Of a stretch of 64,000 nucleotides of DNA, positions 36,019-48,529 are shown in pieces. The stretch's first letter is position 1, and every line of letters begins with the position of its first letter. The stretch covers positions 1,783,331-1,847,330 of the forward strand of contig NW_005202428.1 of NCBI RefSeq assembly GCF_000372725.1, in the 5' to 3' direction. The stretch comes from Emiliania huxleyi CCMP1516. Its lineage: Eukaryota. The notes beneath the pieces were generated by a model, which saw only the letters and a list, made by a program, of their open reading frames with translations, was not told the origin of the DNA and searched no databases. The position numbers and the translations under genes were made by a program.

Positions 36019-37691
36019 GCACTGGATAGGGTCGATTCCGCATGGTACGGGACCCCTCAGAGTTGTTTTAGTGTGTGTGTTAATGTGGGTGATGTCGTAG
36101 TACTCAGGGACAAATGCACACCACAGCGCTCGACATAAAACAGGTAAGACGCAGTGTCCAGTGACGCTCGGCAAGTGTCCTCGAGCAGCAGCGAGTCCTC
36201 ATCGGTGTTCGGTGGGTGGCGCGGGTACTCGAGTAGGATCGCGGGTAGAGTGATGCCGAATCCGAGACTCGGCAGGGCGGCCGCTCCGGGCGTGGTCGCG
36301 AGTCGCCTCGCCGAGCGAGCGGAGACTGGTCGCTCCGTCCGTGGCGAGCGCGAGGGCAGAGGCGCTGCGTGTGTGGCCGTATGTATGAATGTAGGAAGGT
36401 GAAGAACAGTCAGGCTCGGACTGGACACCAGCGCGGTTCGTATAAAAGGAATAAAGAAAACAGACAACCCAAGGGAGGGATGGGAGGACGGCACATCGGC
36501 ACACCGCCACCACATAGGGATTTTAAGGAGAGGAGTGTGGTGCTAGCCGTCGCCCACCCTAACCCTTGCTTGGTCGTCTGCCTCTTTCTATCTCCCTTCG
36601 CAGTCCCTCGCCGATTCTCGCTGCAACCAGCGCGGCATGACGTATGTGTGGCCGCTCCGGTCCCAGCAATATTTTGACCGCGCAAGACAAAGGGTGGCTA
36701 ACTAAGGCTCTGTCTGCCCGGCGCCCGCGTCGGTACCATTGACTAATCCCGGAATACGCACCCACACACCAAATAGCGAAAATCCGAATACCGTGCAAAA
36801 ACCACGGAATCTGGACCGAAGAACGTCGGGGCAAGTTTGGCTAACTCCATAACATCCGGCGCTTCCTTCGATTGGATGGACGGACGAATGATCGCGGAAA
36901 AGCGGACCGCATCGCGACATCGGGGGTTCACCATATGCCGAGCCTGCTCGGCCTGCCATGCGCGCGGCGCGCGCCTCGCCCGAGCGCAGCCACCTGCGGA
37001 CCTGGCCAGCCTGTTCCTGGCTCGTGCCCAGCCTCTCCTTCCGCTGCCGCCGGCCTCGCAGTCCCGCCAGCCATCACACTGCAGAGCCTGCGTAGACGCC
37101 ACAGACGCCAATTCTGCAGCCCACAGCCCTGGCAACTCGAGGGCCAGCAGTATACGACGACGACATCTCACACCCCGCGCTGGCCAGCGCCATCTGGGAT
37201 CAGCCCCTCACGGCCCGGCCCAACCTTCCCTTCCCCACCCTCACCTCCTCAGCCATGCCCCCCACTCCCCACCCGCTTGGATCGATCAGCTGACAGCTCC
37301 ACAGGCTCCCACCACCGCGTGTCGTGTCATGAAGCATGATAGATAGAAATAGAAAGCATGAACCATCGAAAGGTCTGATCTCCAAAAAGAGCTCTCGGCC
37401 TGCCGCGCGCGCCCGCGCCGCCCCGCCCCTTTTGCGCAGCAACACCTTAAACTTTTAGGCCCTCCAAATTCGGGTCGGAGCGTAGCGGAGTGGGACCCGA
37501 GTTTGAAAAAGGCGACGGACGCTTGCGTCCTAGCCTCCAACAACGCCTCCCCGGCGCAGAGGGGCCCCCAGAGGGATGCTCAACCCCCCCACGCCACGCC
37601 GCTTGCGGCGGTCCTCTAAGCCATACCCGGGTAGCGGTCGCACGCACGGCTCCCGCGAAGTTCAGGGAGTCGGCTGGTGCTATACCCAGCC

Positions 37692-38926
37692 ATGGCATCG
37701 CTCACTGTCTTCGCACTCATGGAGGCCACCAACACCACCCGAGTTCTCGAGCACCTGAACGAGCTTCGCAAATTTGGCGGAACCGGTGGCGGCAAACGCG
37801 GTCTAGGCGTTTCCCGGCAGGCTCTTGCAACCGACGATCCGATCCACACGCTCCACGATTGACACTCCACGCTTGATCGACACTGCACACGCACTCCATA
37901 GACCTCACACAAATACACACCTGCAGGCGCTCACGCCGCCCGACATCGCGGCCCGTGAGTGGGTGATGGCGAGGATGGCCGACGCGGGGCTGGCGAGGAG
38001 GAGGATGGATGGCATCGGCACGGTGTACGGCGAGGGCGGCGACCCGTCGGCGCCGAGCCTTCTGATGGGATCACACACCGACTCGCAGCCCGAGGGCGGC
38101 TGGCTGGACGGAGGCGGCCCGCCGCTCCCCCGCCACCGCACCCGCGCCACTCGACACATATGCCACGAGTCCTCGGCATGTGCGCTGCGCACGCAACTCC
38201 GCCCGCCGCCCCGCAGCGCTCGGCGTCGTCTACGCCCTCGAGGCGGCGCGGGTGCTGCACGAGGCTGGCGCGCCGGGCGCGTGGTCCGTCATCGACTTTC
38301 AGGAGCGATCGCCCGAGAGCAGAGACCGCTCCCCGAGGTCCGTCCGAGGGCGTGGCGCGGCAGCATGCCGCACCGGCGCCCGCCTTCCATAGGACGAGGA
38401 GGGGCGGTACAACACTCTGACCGGCTCGCGTGTCTTTGCGCGCCACCTGCCGCCGCCGCTCGAGGAGCCGGCGGACAGAGCGACGCGGGAGAGGACCCCT
38501 CTCGGATGCACTTCCGGCGGCACCTCGCACGTAGGAGATGGCGGACGGCCGTGCGAGGGCGGGGCTGTCCGCGGCGCCGGTCCTCTATTGGGACTCAGCC
38601 CGCCCGGCTGGCTTTTCCGGCTACCTCGAGGCGCGAAGCAGAGAGCAAGCTCGCGGCAGTCTCGGGGCGCGGGACGGCGCAGCCTGACGCCGCGTGGACC
38701 GTGAGCAGGCCCACATCGAGCAGGGCCCGCGCCTCGAAGCCGCCAACGCGTCGCTCGGCGTTGTGACGGCGGTCGTCGGCCTCCGCCAGATGCGCGTCTC
38801 CTTCCTCGGGAGGCAGGTGGGTCGGCCACCTCCCGTCGCCTACACCTGTACCTGTACCTGTCCAGCCCCACCACCCTCGTAAGCCCCTCTCCAGCCTCAC
38901 AGCCCTTGCCTCCGCCGCGTCCGCTC

Positions 38927-38957
<31 letters not shown>

Positions 38958-40199
38958 TTCTTTGCTCCTGCCGCCGACACATCCTCCGCCACCCTCGCCT
39001 CCACCTCTGCCCCCCCCGCCTGCAAAGCAGCTGTCTCAAACTGCAGGACCACGCCGGCGGGTGCGAGATGCCCGAGCGGGCCGACGCTGCGCTCGCGGCG
39101 ATGCGGTGCTGCGAGGAGAGAGCGAGCGAGAGAGAGGCGTCGAGTCGGCGCCGTGAGGAGGAGCTGACGCACCGGCCACCCCGCGTGCCATAGGTACGCT
39201 AGCGGCCTCGACGCGGCGCTGCGACGGGTGTGCGACGCGCCGGAGGCGTGCGACGGCGCCGTCTGGACCTTCCCTGACCTGACGGGTGCTCGCTCTGCCC
39301 CCTTCGCCCGGCCGCGATCAGGATGATCGTGCCTCTCTGCCGCCTCTCCGCCACGGCTCCGCGCTTCGGAAGGCGCACTCGGCACCGTCGCTCGCCCGCC
39401 CGGGCTGCCCCGTCGCCGTAGGTTTCGTTTCGCACTCGACCATCCCAGGCGAGGCCAACCTCACGCTGCAGTTCCGCGCGCCGACCGAGGCGCCGATGGA
39501 GGAGATTGAGCGCCTCGCGCGCTCGCACTGCGAGGCCGATCGGTCGGCGCTCGGCCTCCCGCCCCTCTCGCACGCGCGGCCCGTGCGCTGTACAATCGTC
39601 CACGAGCCGTAGATGCGGGATTCAGACCCGCGCATTGCGACTAGCACTCTCGAAAGAGGACACGTGTTCGGCTGTATGAGGACCCGACCCCGGTGTTTGC
39701 ACGATGTAGGTCCACGAACGTCCGCCGGTGAGGGCGGCGCCGATGGACGACGAGATGCGATCGTGCGTCGAGGCCGCGCCTGCTCGTCGAGATCGCCCGA
39801 GGTTGACCGCGATTCACCGTGGCTGGCCGAGTTGTAGGCGGCCGCCCGGATCGCCGCCCCGTCGGCCGGTGCTGGCGCAGCGGGCACGCTCTGTGGCAGC
39901 TTGGGAGGCGAGGCTAGGAGCTTTCCCTGAAAGCTCTCGGACTCTTCCTGCTAGGCACGCTCGCGATGCCCAGCCGGGCGGTGCACGACGCGTCGCCCGT
40001 GGCGACGAGGATGCCGGCGGCGATGCTGTTTGTGCCTTCGGTGGGCGGCGTCTCCCACTCGTTTGATGAGCACACGCACGACAAGGACCTCGCCCTCGGG
40101 GCGCGCGCGTTCGTGGGCGCCGCGGCCGGGATTGTGTTGCAGCAGTGCGCGGCGACGCCGCCGGAGCTTGGACGCGTGTCAACTGTAATTCCCGCATGA
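37692..40199 (+). CDS. M20-family Zn amidohydrolase (allantoate / N-carbamoyl-amino acid amidohydrolase-like), many exons
   Basis: [39 protein letters not shown] and [27 protein letters not shown]. Confidence 0.9.
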
Positions 40200-40724
40200 G
40201 ATCCCGACGACTGTGTGTTGACACTCGACTGAGCCGTAGCTCCCGCGTACCGTGTAGAAAAAAAACTGTTCAGTTTTCGAAGGCAAAAACGCCAGCCTGC
40301 GCCCTCCCCTCACACTGACACTTCTCCCCTATTCCCATCTTCAGGTTGCGCACACATCTCCCAGCGAGCTAGGGGATCTCCGCGTTTTTTCTCCCCTAGT
40401 CATCCGCCCGCGCCGCGCGCCATCTATGGGCGACAAGTGCAGCCACTGACCGAACTATTCCAAAGGAGTGGTCGACGCCTCGCCTGAAGTCGGGTGGGCT
40501 CGCGCACACTGCTTAGCCCTAGGAGAGGGGTGTGTGTGAGGTGGTGGAATGGTAAGGTTTCAGGCCACGGGGGTGGGGTATTTGGGGGATGAGTCAGGAG
40601 CCAGCAGCCTTCCTACTGGTCCTGAGTTCACAGCTCTTCCGCCCGACGGGGTGGTCCCTTGGATTCGGGCCCCGCTCCCTTTTCCTGCGCCTGGTCTGTC
40701 CCTGTCATGTGCGTTGCGAGATGC

Positions 40725-40918
40725 AGAGCTGGTTAGCTGTAGCACAAAGCTGGTGGAGCACTGTCTGGTTAGGCTGGAGAGCTGTTAGGCTGGGGCACAG
40801 AGCTGGTTAGGCTGGAGCACAGAGCTGGTTAGGCTGCTGGTTAGGCTGGAGCACAGAGCTGGTTGGGCTGGAGCACAGAGCTGGTTAGGCTGGAGCAGAA
40901 AGCTGGTTAGGCTGGAGC
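40725..40918. repeat. 22-bp tandem repeat (AGAGCTGGTTAGGCTGGAGCAC)n
   Basis: About 7-8 imperfect copies read directly. Confidence 0.85.
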
Positions 40919-41740
40919 GCGGGCGGCGGCGGCCGGCGAGGGCATCGCAAGCAGGCGAGAGGCGGCCGCGGGGCGTCGAGTGGCGCGATAGGAGGGTAGG
41001 CTGGCCGTGGGGGGGCGCCGCGTGGCCTCGGCAACGCGTACCGTGTAGAGTTAGAGCGTGCAAGCTGTCCTGGAGACTGGAAAATCTCTGCCCCCCGCGG
41101 GATGCCCGGAAGGGGTGGAGGGTGACCGCTGTTATATTTGAAAACACACATTCAAACACGTGTCTATAGAGAAAGAATCGCCGCTCTCGTCTAAAAAGTA
41201 AAAGACTAAAGAGTACGCGTCGTCAGTGTATATGTGAGCATTGTTCTTGGCGATAGAGGGTAGACAGCGTCCTAATCTAAAATCTGAGGATTCAGGATTG
41301 AGGCATCGCTTCAGTGAGGCCAAAGTGAGTTTATGGATGTGTGAGAACGGTACGGGACACGAGGAAGCACGCGGACCGACTCGTCGGCGACTCTGCTGCA
41401 CGGCGTTTCAGAATTTTTCTCAGCGTGAGCGAGACGTGGAAGAGTGCCACCGTCGCCCGAAACGCCGCATGTACCTCTTGCGAGCCAAAGATCGACTCGC
41501 ATGTCGATTTCGACTTGACGGCAGCATGGAGGCATCACGTCTCCATGCTGCCGATTGGCGAGAAAACCGGAGCGTTTCTCTAATCTATTCAGAGCATACA
41601 CGTACACGCGCGGGGCGACACATTCCGACCAAGCACACCGGCCTCCAGACATGATCCAAACACTTCCACTCCTAAAGTACTCTCACGATTGCTCTGCGTA
41701 CACGCATTACTCTCGCATCTCGCAGTCGAGACTCTCTCGT

Positions 41741-44396
41741 TCACCCGATCTGCTGCATGATCTCGCGCATCCGCACGAGCGCGCGCCGCAGCCGGTCACT
41801 CGTGCTGCCCACCTCGAGCAGCGGCTGAACCGCGTCGTCGGTGGCCACGCCGATGACGCCCCACACGGCGTAGCTCAGCCTCTGTGCGCGGCGGCGTGCC
41901 GAATAGTGCGCGTGGTCGACGGGCACAAAATGGACCTAACGCGCGCACACACACACCCGCGGCGCGTGACTCCAGTGTGCGGGGGTGGGGGGGTGGGGTG
42001 TGGGGGGTGGGGGGGCGTGGGGGGCGTGGTCGAGGGAGCGCGCACCCAAGAGGAGAAAGAGTCGCCCTCGCCGTCTGCCTGCGCCGCCTCGTACCGCTCA
42101 CGCAGCTGCGCCTACGGGACGTGTCGCCGACAACGTCGTGGAGAGTCTCGACCCGTCCGTCCGGCGGGAGGCCGTCGTCGGCGCCCCCATCTTCGCGAGC
42201 TCGAAGTCGACGGGCCAGCCGCCCGCCTCGGGGGCGGGAGGCATCAGCCCGATGAGCTGGCTCGGCACGGGCACCTGGACACCGCAAGGACAACGGTCGA
42301 GGTCGAGGGGGAAATGGGGAAGGGGAGGTCTCTCCCCCCCTGCAATGGTCCCTTCTGTGATGGTCCATGGATCTTGGGCGCCACCCCACAAAACGACACA
42401 GAAGCGCGGCACGTCTGTGGGTGGAGAACGGGGCACCTGCTGCCCCTTGCCGCGCAGCCTGGCGATGGTGGCGAGGAGCCGGTCGAGCTCCAGCCACACC
42501 TGCGGCGGGCGGGCGGGCGGCGGTCGAATGCCGCGAGAGCGCACGATGCCTGGGCCTGGCGGGCGGTGTCCATGCGCCCGTGTGTGTGTGTGTGTGTGTG
42601 TGTGCGTGCGAGCGCGGTAGGGGAATGCTGTCGCGGCAAAGGAACGCTGTCTTCCGCACAAGCCCGCGTGGCGAGATTGCGCGACGGCCAGCACACTCGC
42701 CTGAATCTCGAGCGCCGCGAGCGCGCGCGCCGCCTCCGCCGCCGCCTCCGCCGCCACGGTCGCCGCCTCCTCCGCCGCCGCGCCCGCCGCCGCCTCCTCC
42801 GCCTCCTCCCTCGCCCGCTCGATGGCCAACTCGACCGCCTCCCGAACGGCCGGAGCGCCTGGAGCACAGCGCCCGGCGTAAAGAGCCGCCGCCCACGCCT
42901 CGAACTGACCCCCCCAGGCGGGCGCCGCGCCCGCGTAAAAGTCGCCCCGCCCCTCTGCCTCGTCGCCGCAGCGCTGCTCCTCCGCCTCCCACCGCGGCAG
43001 TCCGAGCGCGTCCTTGTAGCAGACCGGCCGCAACCCTCCGGGCGTGAGGGGCGTGCGGCCGAGCGCCGCCTGCAGCGCGGCGGGCTCAGCACGCGCGGTG
43101 GACTCGGCCAGGCGCGCGTCGACCTGCGAGAGAAGCGCACCAGGTTCTCTCCTGGCCACATTACGTACTCAAAGGGAAGGGGGGCAGAGGAGCGTGACTT
43201 GATTGAGCAGGAGCGGGACTGCGCTGTGGCGCGCTCTTCCACCTGGCAGAGGCTGAGGTGCATCGAGAGCGACAGGTTGGCGTGCTCGTAACCGCGCCAG
43301 TGCGCCTCCTCTGCCGCCGACGCGGCGCACGTCAGCCGGCGCTGCAGCTCGTGCAGGCGGTGCGTGCCTGCAGGGCATGGCATGGACTCGTCCTGGACGT
43401 GTCGCGTGTCGCGCCGCAGCCCGCGCCGTCGTGCGTGCCGTCCGTCTTCTCGGACCAGCCCGATGCCGCGAGGAAGCGGCCGGCGAGGCGCGCGCTCGAG
43501 AGCAGCTGCTCCTCGTCCGGGAGGATGGCAAAGTCTGCGCGTGCGTACGGCAGCGTCTGCGTCGCGCGGAGGGCGTAACCGCGGGCGAGCCCCTGCACGA
43601 GGAGGGTGAGTCGCGAGTCCGCCTCGCGCTGCACGGCGACGACCTGCGGCAGGGTAGGGGAGGGTGGTCGGGTGGAGAGGGCTCGGGCGGAGATTCTCGC
43701 GGCTGTGATTGGGCTTACGACTCCATGGCCAAGCGACTCCACGTAGCCCAACCACGCAAGCCCAATCACACAGTCTCTCTTTCTCCGCCTCGTGGCGAGG
43801 ACGCTCTGTCTCTCCGCCACGCCGCGCGCACACCTGCATGAGCGTCCCATGCAGCGCGGCGCTCGAGTCGGGCCGCAGCTCGTAGTCTGGGTTGTCGAGG
43901 TTCTTGATGCCGCCGGGCAGCTGCAGGTGCGCGTACCTGATCACAGCGCGGCGTGTGAAACGAGGCCGCCAGGTTGGCCGGGCAGCTGCAGGGGCGCGCA
44001 CAGCCATGGCTGTGGCTGCGCCAGCAGCTTCTCGAATAAGAGCGTGTACTGCGGCTGGAAAACATTGAGCACTGTCCGATGGTGGGGAAGCATGGCCACG
44101 GACCAACGGGTCGCTGGGAGGTCGAGATGAACGCCCACGCGCGCAGCATCGCGCGTGGCGACAACAGGTGTGCGTGGCAGTAATTTCTCCGACGGAGGAA
44201 CCTCCTCCGATACGGCCAGGAAGGAGCGGCGGATGGCCGAGAGGGCAGCGTTGCGTTCGGCATTGTCGCCGTTGCTCAAGTCTCCGCCTGGAACGGCCGT
44301 CATGCGCACGAGGCGGTGCGCTCTAGGGGGCGAGGCGGTCGAGCCTGGGCTCAGCACCACCGCGATGGTGGCCACGGCAGCTGCCGTGAGGAGCAT
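41741..44396 (-). CDS. Lon-protease N-terminal (substrate-binding)-like domain protein with signal/transit-type leader
   Basis: MLLTAAAVATIAVV leader; AMLPHHRTVLNVFQPQYTLLFEKLL; DSRLTLLVQGLARGYALRATQTLPYARADF; C-terminal QPLLEVGSTSDRLRRAL. No AAA+ or protease domain seen. Confidence 0.75.
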
Positions 44397-44747
44397 CGGG
44401 CCCGTTTTGCCGTGATCTTGAAGCCGTATCGGCCGTGCACCTCGAAAGGGCCGTCTGCAGAGAACCTTCCTGCAATCATCAACCGGCATTGCTCAGTTTC
44501 TTTCCCCCCTTCTTTTCTCCGCCTAAGGTTCCTCGAATGCTTGTTAGAGCCGAATGGGGGGGGAACCCGGCCATCAGATATCGAAAAGACCCGCCCTTTT
44601 GCAGGGTGGTACTCAACGCGGCCAAAGGATGATACCTGCAGGATACTCGAGTATCTCGAGAACCTCGAGAGCGCCGCTGTGGTCCCGCACAAGACGTTAA
44701 AACTACATTAAACGTCCGTCCCGTCGTGATAACTTCCGTCGCCTTTG

Positions 44748-45480
44748 ATGAGCGACGCGTACCCCGTGAGCGAGCTGCCGCGCCCTGCCCGCACAAAGGC
44801 CGACAAGACGAGCAAAAAGGCAGCGCTCACGGTCGAGGCCGCTCAGCCCAGCCCCGCTCCGCGGCACTACCGCGCGCTCCTACTCGCCTTTCTCGCAGGA
44901 GCCTTGGCTCTCGCAGGGGCGGGCGCAGGCCTCTTCCATGCCGAGTACGCCACAGTGCTCAAGAGTGAGCCGAGCCGTGTGCCGCGCACGGGCGCCCCGC
45001 GCGTGCCGGATGCTCCCCTGTGGCTATTGCCAGCACGATCGGCCCTCCACGTTCGACGGCGCTAGCTTGGGCGTATCCCTGAAACGCTGACCCTCCATAA
45101 TGTATTCAGGGATTGGACTGAGCCTGGTGATGTCGGGTGTTGCAGTCGGGTGTGTCGTATGAGACTTCAAACGCCACGCCAACGCCGTCGGTTGTACTGC
45201 ATGAGGTTTCGCGCGAAGGGGAGACGATCTGTACGCGGGCCGATATAGCTAAAGCGAGGTCACACGATCTGACTCTGGGCCGAGGTCGCTGGTGACACAC
45301 GTGCGGCCCCGACACGGCGGCGGGGTTGTGTCATGGGCTGGTTGGCAAAAGCAACCGCCTACGACTACGTGTACCAGCGTAACTCACTACTCACACACGC
45401 GCCGACCACACGCGCCGAGAGTCAGGCCGCTAGAGTGTGTGGCCGCGGGGAGGTGCGGGGTCGCGGGGACAGACCTTTGA
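44748..45480 (+). CDS. Hypothetical type II membrane protein (first exon clear, rest uncertain)
   Basis: ATG ORF with a hydrophobic helix (ALLLAFLAGALALAGAGAGLF) ending at a GTGAG donor near 44965. It is divergent from the Lon-N gene. Confidence 0.35.
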
Positions 45481-45781
45481 AGATTGAACACCGGCGAGAG
45501 ATTGTTTGTCCAACGTGTTCTTCTGTGTCCAGCGTTACACGAGGGAGTTTTGGTGTGTAAAAAATCTCACCGGACGGGGACGTTCAAACATCGTGTCGTG
45601 AACACACGTCACCGACGCGCTCGTCGCGCGTCTTTACACACTTTCGGCCGGCTTTTTAGCTCTGGCTGCCCTTCTCTCGCGCCGGCGCCCCAGGCACCCT
45701 GGCGCCGTGCGATACATCCGCAGGCTTTTGAGTTTTGTTCACCCCTGCTCTCTCCGCAGGTTTTTGCTCACACCTGCTCCT

Positions 45782-45918
45782 CAGTCTCACTCCCAATACG
45801 TGCATCACTTTTTTGTGACGGTGTCACAACTTTGATCAAGCATATCTCGATAACTACCGTCGACGCTTGATCAAAGTTGTGACACCGTCACAAAAGTGAT
45901 GCACGTATTGGGAGACTG
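45782..45918. repeat. Long near-perfect inverted repeat (foldback, about 52-bp arms, 23-nt loop)
   Basis: CTCCCAATACGTGCATCACTTTTTTGTGACGGTGTCACAACTTTGATCAAGC pairs with GCTTGATCAAAGTTGTGACACCGTCACAAAAGTGATGCACGTATTGGGAG. Confidence 0.92.
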
Positions 45919-45981
45919 TCCTCCTCTCCTGAATGCATACCTACGGAGATTGCATAGCCGAATGTCTTGATGATGTGGTGC

Positions 45982-47541
45982 CTGAGCCCTGGCTGTCAGG
46001 CTGTCAGGTGCTGTCAGGTGATCTGTCGGGCTGTCGGGCAGCTGTCAGGCACTGTCAGGTGCCTCTGTCAGACCAGCTGTCGGGTGCTGTCAGTGCTGTC
46101 GGGTGCTGTCGGGTGCGTGTCTGACATCAGAGGGGCTCTGTAGCTGTCGGGTGCTGTCAGAGCTGTCGGGTGTTGCTGTCAGACGCTGTCGGAGCTGTGT
46201 CAGAGCTGTCAGGCTGCTGCTGCTGTCAGACGTTGGGCTGTTGCTGTCAGGTGCTGTCAGGTGGTGCTGTCGGGGTGCTGTCAGGCTCTGACACACACCA
46301 GCCACACTTATGACATTATCAAGAGGAGACCAGCAGGACTCTGCTGCACATACTCTAGTCTCTACTCTGCCTCCGGTCCCACCATCTTCTTCATGGTGGA
46401 CGTCACCATTCTTGTCTGCCGCACTGAGAGAATAGCAGAGAGGCAGGGGGGAGTGCTTCTTCAGGTACACCTTGCTGATGATCTGGTAGTTGCTGGTCCA
46501 GCGGAAGGCCTCCCCATCGTTGTCGCTCGTCAGCTTGTAGTACTTGCACGCTCTGTTCTGGTAGCGCGCGGCGCGCGTCTACCGTGCCGTCGGCGACGGC
46601 CACCTGCTCGATGTTGCGAATGGCAAAGACCTTGGAGCTGTCCTCCATGGTGAAGAGCACCGCAACTGCGGAGAGAAAGAGAAGAGGGAGAGATGAGAAT
46701 GCACGTCTTATGTGTGTGTGTGACAGGCGGCAAGGGCGTGGTCACCGTCATCATCATCCATGTAGAAGTCGAGCTCCTCATCCACATCCTCGCCTCGCTG
46801 CTGATGGGACTTGATGAGCCGCTTGACGTGGAAGCGGAGCTTGCGATCCTTTGACTCCTCCTGGATGGAGACGTTGAAATCTGCCAGCAGCTTACGGATC
46901 TCCTCAAAAAACTCTGCGCTGCTGCCCTCCTCGCCGCCGGTTGGAGGCGCCACGTTGGCCCCCGTCCGCATCAGCTGGTTCAGCACGGCCTCGGCATCTG
47001 CAGCATCCTGTGCGCCCATGGCGGTCAGCTCGGCCGGCTCAGCATCGGGTGTGCCGTTTGGATCATCCTCCTTCTCTCCCAGCTCCTCCAGCAACGCGCC
47101 ACCCTGGACATAGGTGTCAGCCAGAGGAAAGTGCAAGCACGGCTGCTTGAAGAAGCCGGTCTGTGCACAGAGGTTGGCGCGGACTCCACAGAATCGAAGG
47201 CGCGGACCACATACACATGTCTTTGCATGTAATAGTTTTGCTATACCCTCATGGGACACAAGAAAGAGGCTGCACGGCCTGAGTACGGTCTGTGCTGCTG
47301 TCGGGCTGGTCGGGCTGTCGGGCTGTCAGCGCTGCTGTCAGGCCACTGTGTGCTGTCGGGCTGTCGGGCAGCTGTCAGGCCTGACAGCAACGGGACGCCT
47401 CTGATGTCAGGCTCTGCTGTCAGGCTGTCAGAGACGTGCTGTCAGACTGTCGGAGAAAGTGCTGTCAGCGCTGTCAGGCTGTCGGGCACTGTCAGGCGCT
47501 GTCCGGGGTTTGCTGTCAGGCTGTCAGACCAGGGCTCAGTG
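45982..47541. mobile_element. Non-autonomous TIR DNA transposon with CTGTCRG subterminal arrays
   Basis: TIR CTGAGCCCTGG / CCAGGGCTCAG. TGTGGTGC occurs on both flanks (45974-45981 and 47542-47549). Dense GCTGTCAG/GCTGTCGG repeats lie at 45990-46290 and 47295-47527. Broken minus-strand ORFs are inside. Confidence 0.75.
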
Positions 47542-48529
47542 TGTGGTGCTTTATGATGCGATCCAACTGATGTTCCAGCATCACAACAGAGTACGCAATG
47601 GTTGAGATGTACGGCTTGGCTACATCTGAGTTTTGCTGGTCGTGTGTAGCCGCAAGTAAGCGCCGTGCTCCGTGTGCCACTAATGATGGCAGCGCAGATG
47701 TGGCAACAGGAGGAGGACAGATACAGCTAACAGAATAACAGATGAGAGATGTGCAGCAGAGTCATCGGTGTGTGGAGATGGTGGAGAAAATAAAATATTC
47801 TTACCTTCAAGCCCCCCTCCGAGACTAGGGACAGAACCCACCCGTACACAGGAGAGATGGGACTGCGCCTCGCCCCCACTTGCCCTGACTGCACAGGATT
47901 GCGTGCCCCGAAGACGGCGACACATAGCGGGGGACACTGCGCAAGGAGGGGGTGCGAAGCCAAGGTTGGGGTTCTAGGTGGTGGGACCATGAGGGGGGGT
48001 GGGCGGGGTCCTGTGGGGGTGAAATGTTGCGCGGCGAATTCGAACCTACCCCCTCGCCGCGCCGATCCTCACGCGGAGGGTAAAACCCTGTGGGACAAAA
48101 CCCCTCCGCGGTCGGCTGTCTTCAGAGTGGACCCCCCCCGTGGAGATGGTGGAGATCGTAGTCTATCATATGCGAGCGAGGGGCAAGAAGCTTCATCGCG
48201 CGAGGTCGCGGGAAGGAATGACCAAATGATTTACTGAATCTCTCTCCAAATATACCATCAATCATCATCGCCGGCCGACGGCCCGCGTCTTCTTCTTCGC
48301 GCGGCGGCACAAAAAGAGAAACAAATACCGCCGAAAGCCAAGGGAGGGGTGGGAGGACGGCACGCCAAGGGATTTTAAGGCGAGTGTGGTCCTCGCCGAC
48401 CCGTCGCGGCGGCAGTGCTCGCGTTTTTGCCCGGCCGCGCGCAGCGCTAATCGGGCGTCCTTTGCTCCTCCGCGAGCTGTATAGGGGCGCAAAATCTACG
48501 AATTAGATGCGTCAAAGATGCAGTCGGCC

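Noticed and set aside
40725..40918. Regularly spaced repeats as a CRISPR array or telomere
   Set aside because: There are no unique spacers and no cas genes, and the context is eukaryotic. The unit contains TTAGGC but is a 22-bp minisatellite, not (TTAGGG)n.
41555..44106. Long ORFs of 578 aa (+) and 620 aa (-)
   Set aside because: These are Arg/Ala/Pro-rich shadow frames over the spliced Lon-N gene, expected at this GC content.
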